A model generated the notes under the pieces. The model was not told the origin of the DNA. It saw only the letters and a program-made list of their open reading frames with translations, and made no database searches. From positions 1 to 26,828 of the forward strand of contig CAYOYI010000003.1 in the NCBI GenBank assembly GCA_964408105.1: a stretch of 26,828 bases of DNA, given 5' to 3'. Of this stretch, positions 26,329-26,828 are shown in pieces. The stretch comes from an uncultured Chitinophagaceae bacterium. Lineage in GTDB: Bacteria > Bacteroidota > Bacteroidia > Chitinophagales > CAIOSU01. The number at the start of each line of letters is the position of its first letter. The stretch's first letter is position 1. The position numbers were made by a program, and so were the translations under genes.

Positions 26329-26826
26329 TTATTTATTCGCCAACTGCCCGCAAGCTGCATCAATGTCTTTTCCCCGGCTAAGACGAACTTTCGCGATCAC
26401 ACCGTTACGTTCAAGATAATTGACAAAAGCCTCCCGTTTTCTTTGCGGGGATTTTTTGTATGGAACACCCTTCACCGGATTGTACTCAATAATGTTCACC
26501 ATCGCTGGAACTTTGTCACACAATTCAACCAGTTCCTTCGCATCCTCCATACTGTCATTAAAGCCGTCAAACAGGATGTATTCAAAGGTGATCTTGTTGC
26601 CTGTCTTTTCGTGGAAATAATTTAATGCCTCAACCAAATCTTCGATTGGGTTGGAGTTATTGATAGGCATGATCTTGCTGCGCTTGATATTGTTTGCTGA
26701 ATGAAGTGATAACGCAAGTTCAAACCGTGCTCCATCATCGCCCAGTTTTTTGATCATTTTAGCAATACCCGAAGTAGAAACCGTGATACGCTTTGCGGAA
26801 ATATTCAGGCCATTTCCGGAAGTGAT
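26329..26826 (-). CDS. rlmN: 23S rRNA m2A2503 / tRNA methyltransferase RlmN, C-terminal part (5'-truncated)
   Basis: Frame is open to the window edge (ITSGNGLNISAKRITVSTSG). It contains LALSLHS, ITFEYIL..G.ND, VNIIEYNP and SRGKDIDAACGQL with the catalytic Cys. Confidence 0.95.
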   Translation of the reverse strand: MTSGNGLNISAKRITVSTSGIAKMIKKLGDDGARFELALSLHSANNIKRSKIMPINNSNPIEDLVEALNYFHEKTGNKITFEYILFDGFNDSMEDAKELVELCDKVPAMVNIIEYNPVKGVPYKKSPQRKREAFVNYLERNGVIAKVRLSRGKDIDAACGQLANK

Positions 26827-26828
26827 CT

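Noticed and set aside
1-26828. CRISPR arrays, tRNA/rRNA, riboswitches, IS elements, prophage or defence genes
   Set aside because: No spaced direct repeats, cloverleafs or transposase/integrase motifs were found, and the intergenic spaces are too short (longest 166 nt).

Overview
Bacterial chromosomal segment of roughly mid-40s %GC (by eye), almost certainly Bacteroidota. Evidence: TAnnTTTG -7 promoter boxes, A-rich translation starts without Shine-Dalgarno motifs, and Bacteroidota-type RecQ, DAHP synthase-chorismate mutase fusion and ActA. The core is a 15-kb, 14-gene, same-strand respiratory cluster (2316-17370). It encodes alternative complex III (actA-F), an A1-type heme-copper oxidase (subunits II, I, two subunit III paralogues, IV), heme O synthase, SCO and DUF420/CtaM. 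It is preceded by a 5'-truncated recQ. It is followed by an antisense GNAT, a small uncharacterised secreted and membrane-anchored protein with a QCPMC motif, an SDR, mlaE-mlaF, a variant lgt, an orphan cytochrome P450, rmuC, DAHP synthase-chorismate mutase, a 250-aa unknown protein and the 3' part of rlmN. No tRNA, rRNA, CRISPR array or mobile element was seen. Most of the content is known biology. The best candidates for something undescribed are: (i) the QCPMC mini-protein as an extra copper-handling oxidase assembly factor; (ii) a three-half-site TGACA/TGTCA operator-like array at the operon promoter; (iii) a shared intergenic motif and an internal promoter marking the assembly genes; (iv) the mlaEF-lgt-P450 unit; and (v) the 250-aa orphan. 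All identifications come from motif recognition without database searches.
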